This document shows, in pieces, positions 12,048-23,377 of a stretch of 64,000 nt of DNA. This DNA comes from Amphiscolops sp. MND2022 (Eukaryota), in the NCBI GenBank assembly GCA_964187785.1, contig OZ076409.1, forward strand, positions 85,376,001-85,440,000, in the 5' to 3' direction. A program made the position numbers and the translations under genes. The notes beneath the pieces are model-generated. The model was not told where the DNA came from. It saw only the letters and a program-made list of their open reading frames with translations, and did no database searches. Position 1 is the stretch's first letter. The number at the start of each line of letters is the position of its first letter.

Positions 12048-13078
12048 AACAAGATGGGAACGTCTGAAGTTGGCGCTATAACGTAGGCTCAAAAATCGCA
12101 AAGTTTCTAAAATATGCCAACGACATTTTTATGAGAAACTCAGAAATGGTTTCGATGCTCCCAGGATGTGCTTTTCGTGCTCGGAAAACGCTTCGGAAGA
12201 TCATATGTAGCGTGCTGAGACAAATGTGGGCAATTTTCTTTCGATCCTACGGCTCCTCCTCCTCCCCCTCCTCCTCCTCCTCCTCCTCCTCCTCCTCCTC
12301 CTCCTCCTCCTCCTCCTCCTCCTCCTCCTCCTCCTCCTCCTCCTCCTCCTCCTCCTCCTGAGGAAAACGCAAATTACTTCGCAAATAAAGTCAAAAATTC
12401 GGATATAGCGCAGTATTTTTGAACCTTCACTTCTAAAATTCGGATAGTATTGAAAAAACATATTGGTGGATTTATATTGAGAAATCCTAATATCAGACAA
12501 AAATTGAGCAGTTTGAGCAGTCTAATAGTGCCGAAAAATCTGAAATGGGGGACGGACACGTTGCAATTTTATAACATCCACATCGTTGCAAAATATCAAA
12601 AAGTGAAGGGGGGCCATTCGGAGACATTAAATTTATTCGGAAAATAAGGGGTCACAAAGTCAAACAAGACGGGAACGTCTAAAGTCGGCGCTATATCTAA
12701 GGCTCAAGAAGAGCAAAGTTTTCTAAATATGCTCAGGACGTATTCATGAAAAGCTTTGAAAACACTTTCGAGACACCCAAAGTGTGCCTTTCATGCTCTA
12801 TATGACTGGAAAATCACTGTTTCCCGACTGGGAACAAATTAAAATTTGAAAATTTTTTTGAAAAAGTTTTTTTCAAAAAAAACTTCGAAAATGTCGCATA
12901 GTGCCAAAAAATGAAAAGGGGGGACCCTTTGGGATTCATTAACATACATTCTGTTGCAAAATATCAAAAAACTCGAAGGGGGACTCTTTTGAGACCTTAA
13001 AAAATTTTCGAAAAAAATTTTGCACAGTGCCGAAGAAAATTGAAAGGGGGGACCCTTTGGTCTCTTCCGGTTTTGTAG
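12048..13078 (-). mobile_element. Nested HINE-like copies, left halves; interrupted by element 2 and continued at 36395
   Basis: Family ends at 12048 and 12664; the sequence breaks at CCGGTTTTGTAG (13078). Confidence 0.65.
12253..12359. repeat. (CCT)n microsatellite, about 35 units
   Basis: Direct reading; one CCC interruption. Confidence 0.98.
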
Positions 13079-13347
13079 TGTGCTGCTTTTAATGGTTGGT
13101 TATTGTTTTTGATGGTCTTATACGCAACTACTAAAAGCGGCTGAGAGACAGGCTAGCTAGCTTACTTTATTACAACTATTCCGAGGTGTTAGGAGTAGAA
13201 CAAAAAGGAAGTCAACTGAATACTGATTATTAGTTTTCTCTCTCTGAAGGAGTAGAGATTTACAATCATTCAATAACAAATAAATGTACATTCTAGAACA
13301 TTCTATAAGCATCTAAATACTATTGGTTATTAATGTAGGTCTGTACA
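13079..13347 (-). repeat. 3' LTR of element 2 (269 bp)
   Basis: TGT...ACA; differs from 36127-36394 by 3 substitutions and 1 indel; minus-strand AATAAA at 13171-13166. Confidence 0.97.
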
Positions 13348-13362
13348 TCCATCCCGGTTTTT
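13348..13362 (-). promoter_or_regulatory. Polypurine tract
   Basis: AAAAACCGGGATGGA abuts the 3' LTR start. Confidence 0.75.
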
Positions 13363-14210
13363 AAATAAAATAAAATTTTAAAGTAGCATCATTAATTGAA
13401 ATGAAGAAAAAAATTTTTTGTTTAAATGTTCTTAGCGTTTCAGCTAGTTAACAATTTTCATTTGGTGTATGATTGGCATAAGTCTCGTTAAGAGTGGTGT
13501 AAGTTCGACTCATTGGTGTACCTCGAATTGTCAAAATTTTGATTGACACCTCGTAGGTGCGACTACAGTTCAAAAGCGTCAAAGTGTTCTTTTTCACTGT
13601 TTTCGTCGGCTTGTTTTTTGAACTGGTAGATGCTCAATTTTATGCTTCTGTTGAAGTTTTGAATGAACTTCGCATTGAACAAACGTGAGCAAACATCATA
13701 CGAGTTAGAGGTCAAAGAGTCAAAGAAATAATATCGTTGAGGAAAAAATTTTTTTATCGAACGTGAAACTTGTTTGAAAAGATTTCAGGTTGTAATTAAC
13801 TTTGGCGGGTTTGTTATGTAACAAATGTTAAAAACTTTGAGAATTTGGGTCTGTCATTATTCGAATTTGATCTGAACAATGTGCTTGATCTGATTTTGAG
13901 CTGGTTTTGTTGAAATTTGAAAAGATTTGTTGATAATATTTGTGAATTTTTTGGATAGGATAGCACCGAAAAATAATAATTATTACTAATTATTCTTTAA
14001 AAATAAAGCAAATAAATATCGGTACGGGTGTGAATAAAAACTTTTGGGCAAATAAATATGGGTGGGGATGAAATTTTAAATAATAACTACATAATGAATA
14101 ATTTAGATGAGAGTTTGAATTCTATGAAATATTAGATGAGTTTGAAACTTTTCGAAATGTTATCATGCACAATGTTTTTTCTTTGAGTTTTCTTTATTAT
14201 TAATTATTGA

Positions 14211-14876
14211 TCATCTTCGGCTGAGAATGTGGGTGACGATGGAAGATTGGAGGAAGGATGAAGAAGGGTCAGCAGATGAATGAAGATGGGCAACTGTTGG
14301 GCGGCGATGAAGTTGAAGATGGGTGCTGATTTGTTGCTCGTTGAAGATGTGGAATTCGAAGATGGGAGTAGACGGGTGCTGTTGGTGGCGTCTGTTGATG
14401 TTAGAAGGAAACGTAAGTATATGTTTTGTGTGGATAGTTTCGTCTAAAAATGCTTCTGGGGGATCTTTTTGAAGGTCTTCGTCAGTGTCATCATTGTCAT
14501 CTGAGGGCCAATATGAATTTAGACGTTGTTTTTCCATTTCGGAACGCATTCTATTGGATAAAGTTCGTATTAAACGCTTGGGTTTAATGGTAGTATGTTC
14601 TGTTTGGGTAGTGGCATCCTTTTGATTTGAATAAGTGTCAGGATGTTTATGAATATGGAGATATTGGTCGAAATTTATTCTTGTTATTTGGAATATTTGG
14701 AACATATTAAGCAATATCATCCTTGTAAGATGTGGGTCTGCCTTTTTTTCTGTTCGAAGCTGCGCATTTAAAGTCGTTAAATGCTTTTTCAGGATCAAGG
14801 ATCGCAATCGAGCTGAAGAGATTGAAAGAAAAGGAGCTATCGGGCAGTCAATGTCGCCAGAGTGGATAGTTGTCAT
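14211..14876 (-). CDS. Element 2 accessory ORF5, 221 aa, unknown function
   Basis: Uninterrupted ATG-initiated sense ORF between env and the 3' LTR. Confidence 0.55.
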   Translation of the reverse strand: MTTIHSGDIDCPIAPFLSISSARLRSLILKKHLTTLNAQLRTEKKADPHLTRMILLNMFQIFQITRINFDQYLHIHKHPDTYSNQKDATTQTEHTTIKPKRLIRTLSNRMRSEMEKQRLNSYWPSDDNDDTDEDLQKDPPEAFLDETIHTKHILTFPSNINRRHQQHPSTPIFEFHIFNEQQISTHLQLHRRPTVAHLHSSADPSSSFLQSSIVTHILSRR

Positions 14877-15397
14877 ATTGAAGAATGAGAAAATTTCGTT
14901 GGAAGCTGTAGAAGATACTTCGGAATTCTTCTTGAATGGGTGACCTGAGAGGAGGAAGGAATGCTGAAGAAGCAGTTGTGGCGATATTCACCTAAAATAG
15001 ATTAGTTTGTTTACAATAAAGTTCCTTTGAAAATAGAATTTCGTAGTTGACATTTTTTTATTGAATTTTGTGATGTTATAACTTTTTAATTTTAAGTATT
15101 AAAATGTTGTATTTTGGAAGTCTTTTGAAGGGTATTTAAATATCTTTCATATAAGTACTTGTTTGTTGAAATCGGTCCATTAAAAGGAGGAGCAATTGAA
15201 GAATTTCGTTGAAAATTTTTATGTCGTGTTTGAAATTTTTATGTTATTTCATTTTAAAAGTGTATTTTAACATCAAGCATGTATTAGAGTCATGCATAGC
15301 AGGCATATGCGTCTAGATTCAATTAATTTTGACAGGTTGTTAGGAGATTAAGTGATAAGTGTTAATAACTTTAAAGCTCTTATCCCATAATTACCAG

Positions 15398-16695
15398 TTA
15401 AGATCGATGCATTTTTTCAATAGTGTAGTTGAATTCGTCTAAGGATGTGCGAATGCACAAAGCTGATTGGCTAATTCTTGTCGTATCAAATACGATATTT
15501 TGTATTATGCTTCGAGCTTGTTCAAGGGTATTTACGATTTCAGCGATTGTTATAAGAATATCTCGGTTTGGATGATGATACGGTTTTATGATATTCAGAA
15601 TTTCTGTATATTTCTGTAATTCATCTGTTGGGCGAAAACTTTGTGGTTGAGGAATATCATTTTTGGTTTTCTTAGGCGATTCTTGTTTTGCCTTTTTATA
15701 TTCTTTGTGATTTCCATTTGTAAGAAGTGAAAGCAGGTGGGAAATAATGAAAATTAATTCATTATTTGAATATCCCTTTTTGATCATTGCGTGGAAATAA
15801 GACTTTTCACAGTCTCCCAATGGTTGAGAGGCTATTTGTTGAAGTGGAGGAAGAGGATCAGATATATGTTGAGGTATATCTTCTTGTAGTAACGAATCGT
15901 CGTTTAGAATGATGTATTCTTGTGGAACAATGATTGGTCTTTTTGGGTTATCATTTGGAAGGAAGAGAAAACTTTGTTTCAGCGGGTCATAATTTCTAAG
16001 TTTTCCTTTTGTTTTGGTATGATCTATTAATTATTCTGAGTTGAAAGTGAATGGCGATGTATATTTGGAGTTGAAGAATATATAATTATCGGGCTCTTTA
16101 TATTGAAGGAACTTTTGATAAGTCATATGGTGGGCCTTTTTGATTTGATATGGCAAAAAATTTTCATCATTTTCTTCTGTTCGGAGATCATATGGAGATG
16201 GTCTGAGGAAGTTGTATTGAAGTGAGAAAATTTTCACTTTCTTGTTTAACCACCAATCATATGGGGTAATCAGTTTTGAAGCAATTGATGTATGATAATC
16301 ATTTTCAAATTCTCTGATGATGAATTTGTATTTTGTTGGAATCATGTATAACGAAGTTAAATGAGATTGAAATGTGAATTGTTTCGACGAGAGAATAGGA
16401 ACTAATTCACAATCTCTATCTTCATCTTGTTTAATTGGTTTTATGAAAGGAGGGCAAGCGCCAGATTCCATAAAAGGTTTATCTGCGGTTATATCTGGGT
16501 ACTTTCTTTTTTGAGATCTTGTGTTAACATGATCTACTTGTTCAATAGGGATATTTTCTATAGGATCTTGAGAGTTGGAGGAAGAGTTATTGTCTTCGTT
16601 AACATTTTGTTGAATAGTTAACGAAGAACCAAAGGGGTTGCAAGCAATTCAGAGGGATTAGAGTTAACTACATCAATTTCGGGCAAGGATTCCAT
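15398..16695 (-). pseudogene. Element 2 accessory ORF4, ~430 codons, unknown function
   Basis: ORFs 16031-16471 and 15398-15820 share one frame split by a single TAA (16033-16031); the frame stays open to ~16640 and reaches ATG 16695 via one frameshift. Confidence 0.65.
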
Positions 16696-17116
16696 TATTT
16701 AAACTTGCGTGTTTTTGTAGAGCTAAAATAATGATTATAACATTTGATTACATTATTTCTAATACTAAGAAAAAATTTTGTTATGTCTTTTCTATCCATT
16801 AAATTGTTTGGTAAAATTAAAGTTTAAATTGTACTTACAATATGGGAATACTGGGTCAATGATGGGTTGAACACATCAACAATCACAGTGGCATCTATTC
16901 CAGGAATAGAAACTTCTGTGATTTCGGTCGTTTAGATGGACTGAAAATCCAGTTGAAGTCTTCTGGTTGAGAGTTGAGTTGAGTTGAGTTGAAAAGGAGA
17001 GACCGGTCCGAGTGAGAATTTGGGTGTGAATGAAAGTTGAAACTGAGAAGAATTTGGTTGATAATTTTATGAACTTTTCTTGAGGTTAATCTGTTTTTTA
17101 AGTTATTGCTTTTCAG

Positions 17117-19693
17117 CTAGGAGGGATTGAATTTTATAAAGACTTTAGCAGGACTTTCCGGTACAGCTATTACATTTGACATTATTGGGTCATAGTCCTG
17201 AGAATTAATATCGTTTATATTAGTTGGGTGTGTCTTTTGCGGTGATTGAAATGTTGAATTCTTACTGGAATATTTAGGAGGTAAATAAGGGGAGTCAGTA
17301 TCAGAGTGTCTTCGTTTATTGTTTAATTCTTTTTCCGGCAATAGCATATTATCATTTTCACTTGTTGTAATTTTGTGTTTAGTATATATCCGTTTTCGTT
17401 TTCCTGTATTATTTAAATCGGTTACCATTTCCGATGTAACTATATTAAAAAATCCATGGGCTATTGAACTCAAAATGGAAATGTTGCTTTGGAGATTATA
17501 TTTTATGCTAATTGTTCTGTAGAATTTGAGTAAAAATGTTAAAACTTCTCTAATGAAAAGGAATGTTGAAAAATAAATTCCACATTGGGTTAAAACATAA
17601 CATGGGTATCCAAAGAAATTAATGAATGCTTGACTGAACCAGTCAGGGTTAAAAAGTGGTAAAAGATTTAACAAGTGGTCATGTACTCCAATCCTTAAAT
17701 GATTATAGGGATTATGTTCTGAGTTTGAGTGTTTTTCATTATGCATTGAAATGAAATCATAGCTTAATGATTTTCCAAGTAATTGAAGTGTTGTGTCTGA
17801 ATGTTTAGCAAATAATACTTTATTCCAGAATTGATCTAATTCTGCATTTGAGTATATACCGGCATCTTGGGCGGTAAATGTATTAGGAGTGATTGTTGTT
17901 TTAATTTGGGTAGGTTTAAACATTTGTGGTGCTTCTCGTTTGAGTGGTTCTGGTCTTAACACATAAAAATCTCCGTCGTTGGAATCTGGATATAATTCTA
18001 TTATATTTTGTGGGTTATTTCCACATTCAATTGGTGTTGCGTAGTTAAAAGTTTGTCTTGTTATTGGGTCAACATACATTATCGTTTCTCTGTAGTGTAT
18101 AGGAATTCTATCAAAGCATTTATCTGCCTTGTATAGTGGTGATATAAAATGAGGGCAATCATACAGCCATGCTGTAGATCCTTCAACGTAGAGAAAGTTA
18201 CTACGATTTCCAGTTAAAAGAAAACCGGCTAATTGAGGATTTTTAACTGACATAGCTAAGATTGTTAACAGTTGAGTTCTTTCTAGTTCACATATTGTAT
18301 GAAGAGTGTTAAGTTCTTGTACTGTCATGGATTTAAATACATGATTTATTGTGAAATCAATTTTTGTATTAATGTGGGCATCATAGTCTAAAGTGGCGAA
18401 ATTGTTTGATATATTCAATGCAGGGAATATATACCTTTTGTTTGAATCATCATATTTTATATTTCCACTAATTGTTTGGTCAATTATTGAGTGTGGTTTT
18501 GGTAATCCTGTGTTCATATCAAAACCATCTAAGTATGTAACAAAGATGTCATCATATTGTGTTGAAAATAATGGTTCAGGTTTTCCACAGAAGGTTTGTG
18601 CAATTGGGTATATTTCAAATCGAGAAAGGCTTGGATTGCTTACTTTTGATTGTGGTGTTTTTATATTAGGGTATTTTGTTCCTTGTATTCCTTCGGTTTG
18701 AAGTTTTTGTGTGATGTTTGAAGTTTCAATAAAGGTATCGGTTTCTATCCAATATCTATCTTTGATTCGTGTCATTCTACCAATGAATTCTTGAAGTTGA
18801 AATATGAGGCAAAATTTTTCATCAAACCATGTTAATGTATATGGAGTTTTGGTCGTTGGTTTACAAAATCCGTCTGAATGATAACATGGTAATATGTGTC
18901 CGTCATGTATTAATTGATTGTTTTTATCGTCATAATCTATTGCGGTGTTAACAATTCTAAGTTTCCAACTTTGTCGGGTAATAAAATGTTCTCGGTCTGA
19001 TCGACATCTAGAGTATGTATTTTGTGTAACATTAACTATCCAATCAGGATAATTTTCGTCAAATACGAAGGTTCCAATATGCCATGTATTTAATTTTTTT
19101 ACTCTAAATGGTGTCTGAATTCATTCAATTGTGTTTTGATAATTACTATCATCGAACAATGAGAAAGAGCTTTGTATATTGTAGTTGTTTAATTCTTCGC
19201 TATCAGTCGCGTTTAAATATCTGATCATATTTTTGCATTCAATAGGGTCCAATAATTTTGGAAGTTCTAATGTGTTTTGTCCCCATTGTAAACGATCATA
19301 TCGTCTACTAGATGTGAATGTTTGTGAACACCAGACTTTCTCAGTCTTTATATATGCTTCACATTTAAAGGCTTTTATTCTTTTGGCTTTTGCTCTAACG
19401 TAAACTGTTGCTTGGGTTTTTGTGTGTTGTATATCTGAGGGTGCTTGTTTACATGATTCTACATTTAATAAACTGAATTGTCTTAAGTTATTTTGTTTTG
19501 CACAATCATAATGAGATACCATTAAGTTTAAAATGTTAGGATCTTGGTCTGAAATATGATTTTCGGAATTGGTGGTGTCAACTTTGGGAACAGTTGAAGG
19601 GTGAACTAAAGAGTGAACTATATTTATTATATACGTGTATTTAACAACTTGTGTTATATATATTAAATGAAAGGTAAAGGTGATTTGGTTCAT
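17117..19693 (-). pseudogene. env: Envelope glycoprotein, chuvirus-like class III fusion protein type; 858 codons with one internal TGA
   Basis: ORFs 19121-19693 and 17117-18775 are in frame; hydrophobic N-terminus, Cys-rich ectodomain (HYDC..FSLLNVESC, CELER, CFDRIP, AGIYS), C-terminal TM segment and cytoplasmic tail. Confidence 0.85.
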
Positions 19694-19695
19694 GG

Positions 19696-21164
19696 TTAAA
19701 ATATTGATCTATAATTGAGTCCTGAGTAGGGATTTAAAAAGTTTATATGTCCTGTTCTAATCTCAGGTAAATCGGCGTCACAAAGGTAGGAAATGGAGGT
19801 AACAATGAATGGTGATGGGGTTGTTTTATGTGCTACTCTTGTTGAAAGAGAGAATGGATGAGGTCCTAACGAGTTGAATGTGACTTCTACTTCAAATTTG
19901 AATGTGAGTTGTTGTTCTTGTAATCTTCGTAGTTCTCTTTGTTTTCTTTGAGTTGAGAGTGAACTATTGTTTATAAATCTTGCAGGTAATACCGTGTATC
20001 GAGGATCTTCGTTAAGCGTGCGAACAATTTTTGAGTTAACACGAATAGGATATTCGTGAGGATTTGGCGATGGAGGTCTTGAGAATTCTTCTAAAAATTA
20101 TTCAGGTAATTGTATAGAGGAGTTTGATGCTATTGAACTAGGTGAGTAAACTCGTGAAAAATTAGCTGCGCTATCTGATATAGTTGCTGGCTCTTCAGAA
20201 AGAAGAGAGGCTGTTTCAAATCCTGATGTGATTTGAAATGGTAGTGATAGAGAAGATGGTATAGTGGGCTGAGATGAGGAAAGAGAAGAAGTGTCCAATC
20301 TGGGTTGGGCGTGTTGTCGAAGTAGTCTTGAGTTTGTACTTGAACTAGTTAAGGATTGTAATTCTTGAGAATCTCTTTGTTGTTGAGATCGAAGGTTATA
20401 ATGATGTCTTGGTACTCTAGTACTAGCAGTTGAGTCAGAGTCTTTATCTTTATGATATAAGTCTGTTAATGAAGAGGTAGTTGTTGAATGTACACGTTGT
20501 AATTCAAGCTTGGGATATATTTGAGAAAATGTGAAGGAACTTAGTTCCGATGGTGAAGGAGTTGGGTATTGTTGTGATTTTTTCGTTGGTGATTTTAATG
20601 AAGGTTCTGGTAAAAATGTTATTGGGATATTACTTGATGATGGTAAATCAAGATTTTGTGGTAATGTAGGTAAAGGAGTTTTTCTTTTTGTTTTCGTTGC
20701 AGTTGGTACTTTGTGTGGACAAGAATTTATGTATTGTAGTACTGAGCTAGGATCAGGGATATGAATAGAACGAGTGGTAGTAATCGGTGGAAGAGGAGGT
20801 CTATTCAAAATATCTGAAGTATCTTGTGTATTTGGTATTGTAGGTGTTTCATCATTAGAGTCAGAAAGTGGTGAATTTGTTTCTAAAAATGTTAGTTTTC
20901 GTGAAATAGGTTGTGATTGAGTTGTTAATATTTGTGGTTGAGTTTGGGATATAGGTGTATTAGTGGGTGTTGTTGGTACTCTATCAGGAGTATATGGAGC
21001 GGATGGACTGGGATTTGAGGATGAGGAATCCAGTATGTCTGTATCTGAGTTTAAATATGCTGTATATTCAGGTAATCTTCGGAGTGAGTGTGTTGAACTA
21101 GAAGAAAAGTTATTTGTTGTTGATGATGGTGAGTGAATATGTCTATCAATTTTGAAATCGTTGT
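19696..21164 (-). pseudogene. Element 2 ORF2: Ser/Thr/Pro-rich region plus ~130-aa C-terminal domain, ~490 codons, one internal TAA
   Basis: The frame of ORF 20098-20808 is open from ~21164 and, past TAA 20100-20098, to TAA 19698-19696, 2 nt before the env ATG. No in-frame ATG start seen. Confidence 0.65.
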
Positions 21165-21335
21165 GTTATGATAGTTAGTTTCAGCTTGTAAAATAGTTAT
21201 AGTTTTATATCAATTAGGATTTCTTTCTTTTATTCTCATTCGTGAAATAAATTTCATTTATTTTCGTTTTAAGCTTCAAACTTTTTCTTTCTTACAAACT
21301 TTCTTTGTGTGTATTTTTTTTCTGTATTCCGTATT

Positions 21336-23377
21336 TCAGCAGGATTTTTGAGAAAGTGAAATTATATCCTTTTCACCAAGGAAGAGTCGGTAGTCTTTTC
21401 TTGGTTGTGGGCGGAAATTGTATCTATTATAGGAGTGTCTTCGGGGATTAATAAAATTATCATAATCATGAATATCTGATTGGTTATCCAGGGAGGTATT
21501 TTGAGGAATTTGTTCTTTTTGTTTATATGGAAATGAAGAATATTGGTTAAATGGTTCTGGTTGTAAGTCAATCGTGGATGGTATATCCGTTTCTTTATTA
21601 AATGTTGTGGAAGGAATTTGTTCTTCGTCTGTAAATTTGTCTTCATCAGAGTTAATTATTTGATCATTTGTATTTGAATGACAGTCATTAAATAAATGAG
21701 GGTTATATTGTTGTATAAAAGGGAAAATAACTGGTTCTTTTGGATAATAAGGAATTAAATGATTTCTATGTATGTGCGATGTATAACCATCTTGATTAAC
21801 AATTTCATATGTTATATCGGAGAGTTTGTTAATAATTTTGAATGGGCCAGTTCTGAGAGGTTTTAATTTATCGGAAAAATGAACATGGAGAAAATTTCTT
21901 TTTAGTACAAATGTACCAATATCTAAGGGTCTTGGATTGTGATACGTTTTGTTAAAATAAACATAGGAATTAATCTTTCTTTTTGTGTTTTCATATACCG
22001 TATGGTATATCTGTATCATAGCAGTTTCAGTAGCTAAGATCCATTGTGGAATTGGTTTAGCTAAAATTTTATGAAAGAAAGGGTTTAGATTTGATTTGTC
22101 ATAGTGTGTATGAAGTGGTAATTCTTGACAATATTGAGAAGTACAATTTCTATATGTATCTCTTTGGAGATTGAGTTCAAAGTTGATTGGAATTCTGGGT
22201 ATAGTATGGAATACTATTTCATATGGAGATAAGTTTAATTCAGAAAGTGGTTGTGAATTATGTGCATAAGCATACATATGGACTTGAGTTGACCAATTTT
22301 CTAGAGTGTTATGTAAGAAAAGTCTGAGATGAGTTCCAAGATTTCTGTTTTGATTTTCAACTAAACCATTTGTCCATGGTGCATAAAGAGTTCTTGGTGA
22401 ATGTCTAATTCCCATTGTGGTACAAAGATTTGCAAATTCTGAATTAATATATTCTGTTCCACGGTCGGTAACTAGGTATACAGGAGGTCCAAATTTTGTT
22501 ATCCAATGATGTAGTAATGAGTTAACAGCGTTTTGAGCATTATTTTGTTTTATAGGTACTGTTACTACAAAGTGACTAAAAGCGTCTACTATAACGTGAA
22601 TGTATTAAATTTGATTTGATGGTGGGTTTATAGGTCCTTTTGTATCCATTGATATTCGGTAATTAAAATATGAAGCATTTTCTGAGAAGGTTTGTATAGA
22701 CGCAGTTTGTAATTTTTGGTTAATATGTTTATTTTGTTGGCATTCAATGCAATCATGGATGAATATTGACATCCATTTATTCAGGTACGTTATGAAGTAA
22801 AATTGGTTGAAAGCTTTGATGGATATTTTTATTCCTGAATGTCCATGAGCATGAAGTTTGTTAAAAGCTGTGTGGAAAAGTTTAAATGGTAGACAAATTT
22901 TGTCTCTTTGATTCGGGTTGGAATCGTGAAGATTAGGATAATCTATGTGAATAATTTTTGTATCATGATTAATATATAATTGGTTGAAGAGTTTGTAATA
23001 TACTAATAAGAAAGAGTTAGCTGCAATTGTTGGGTCTATTTGTAAGGGTCTTTCATTATTAAGTATCCATTGGTAAACCTTTTGTAAAACAGTATCTTGA
23101 TTTTGTTGAGTTTTTATTGTTTCAATGGTTATTTGTGTATCTTCGGGTAGGAAGAAGTAATTAAAATATTTTTTGTATTTGAAAAAGGACGGATCAAAAA
23201 ATGGAACTTGTTGTGTACAATAGTCAGATTTGGTAGGATATTGTATAGCAAGGGTGTATTCTTTTACTATATTCGAGTTTTGTTGTTGGATATTATTTGA
23301 TGGTGTTATTTCATCTTCATCACTAAGAATGTCAGTATCATTAAGAATTGTCGATTGTTGTAAAAGAGATTTTGCTT
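21336..23377 (-). pseudogene. pol: Integrase region of pol
   Basis: HAHGHSG...CIEC zinc finger, ISMDTKGP, LVTDRGTEY, NGLVENQN, GPF motif; in-frame TAA at 22607-22605. Confidence 0.95.

Noticed and set aside
12131..12500. Poly-Ser, poly-Leu and poly-Arg ORFs
   Set aside because: Translations of the (CCT)n microsatellite.
13490..13790. Possible sixth ORF near the PPT (PQRYYFFDSLTSNSYDVCSRLF...)
   Set aside because: Short, bounded by stops and without a start; cannot be supported from one copy.
16840..16940. Exon-like segment (TTTTCAG...GTAAGT, minus strand) between env and ORF4
   Set aside because: All three frames contain a stop; may be non-coding or chance.
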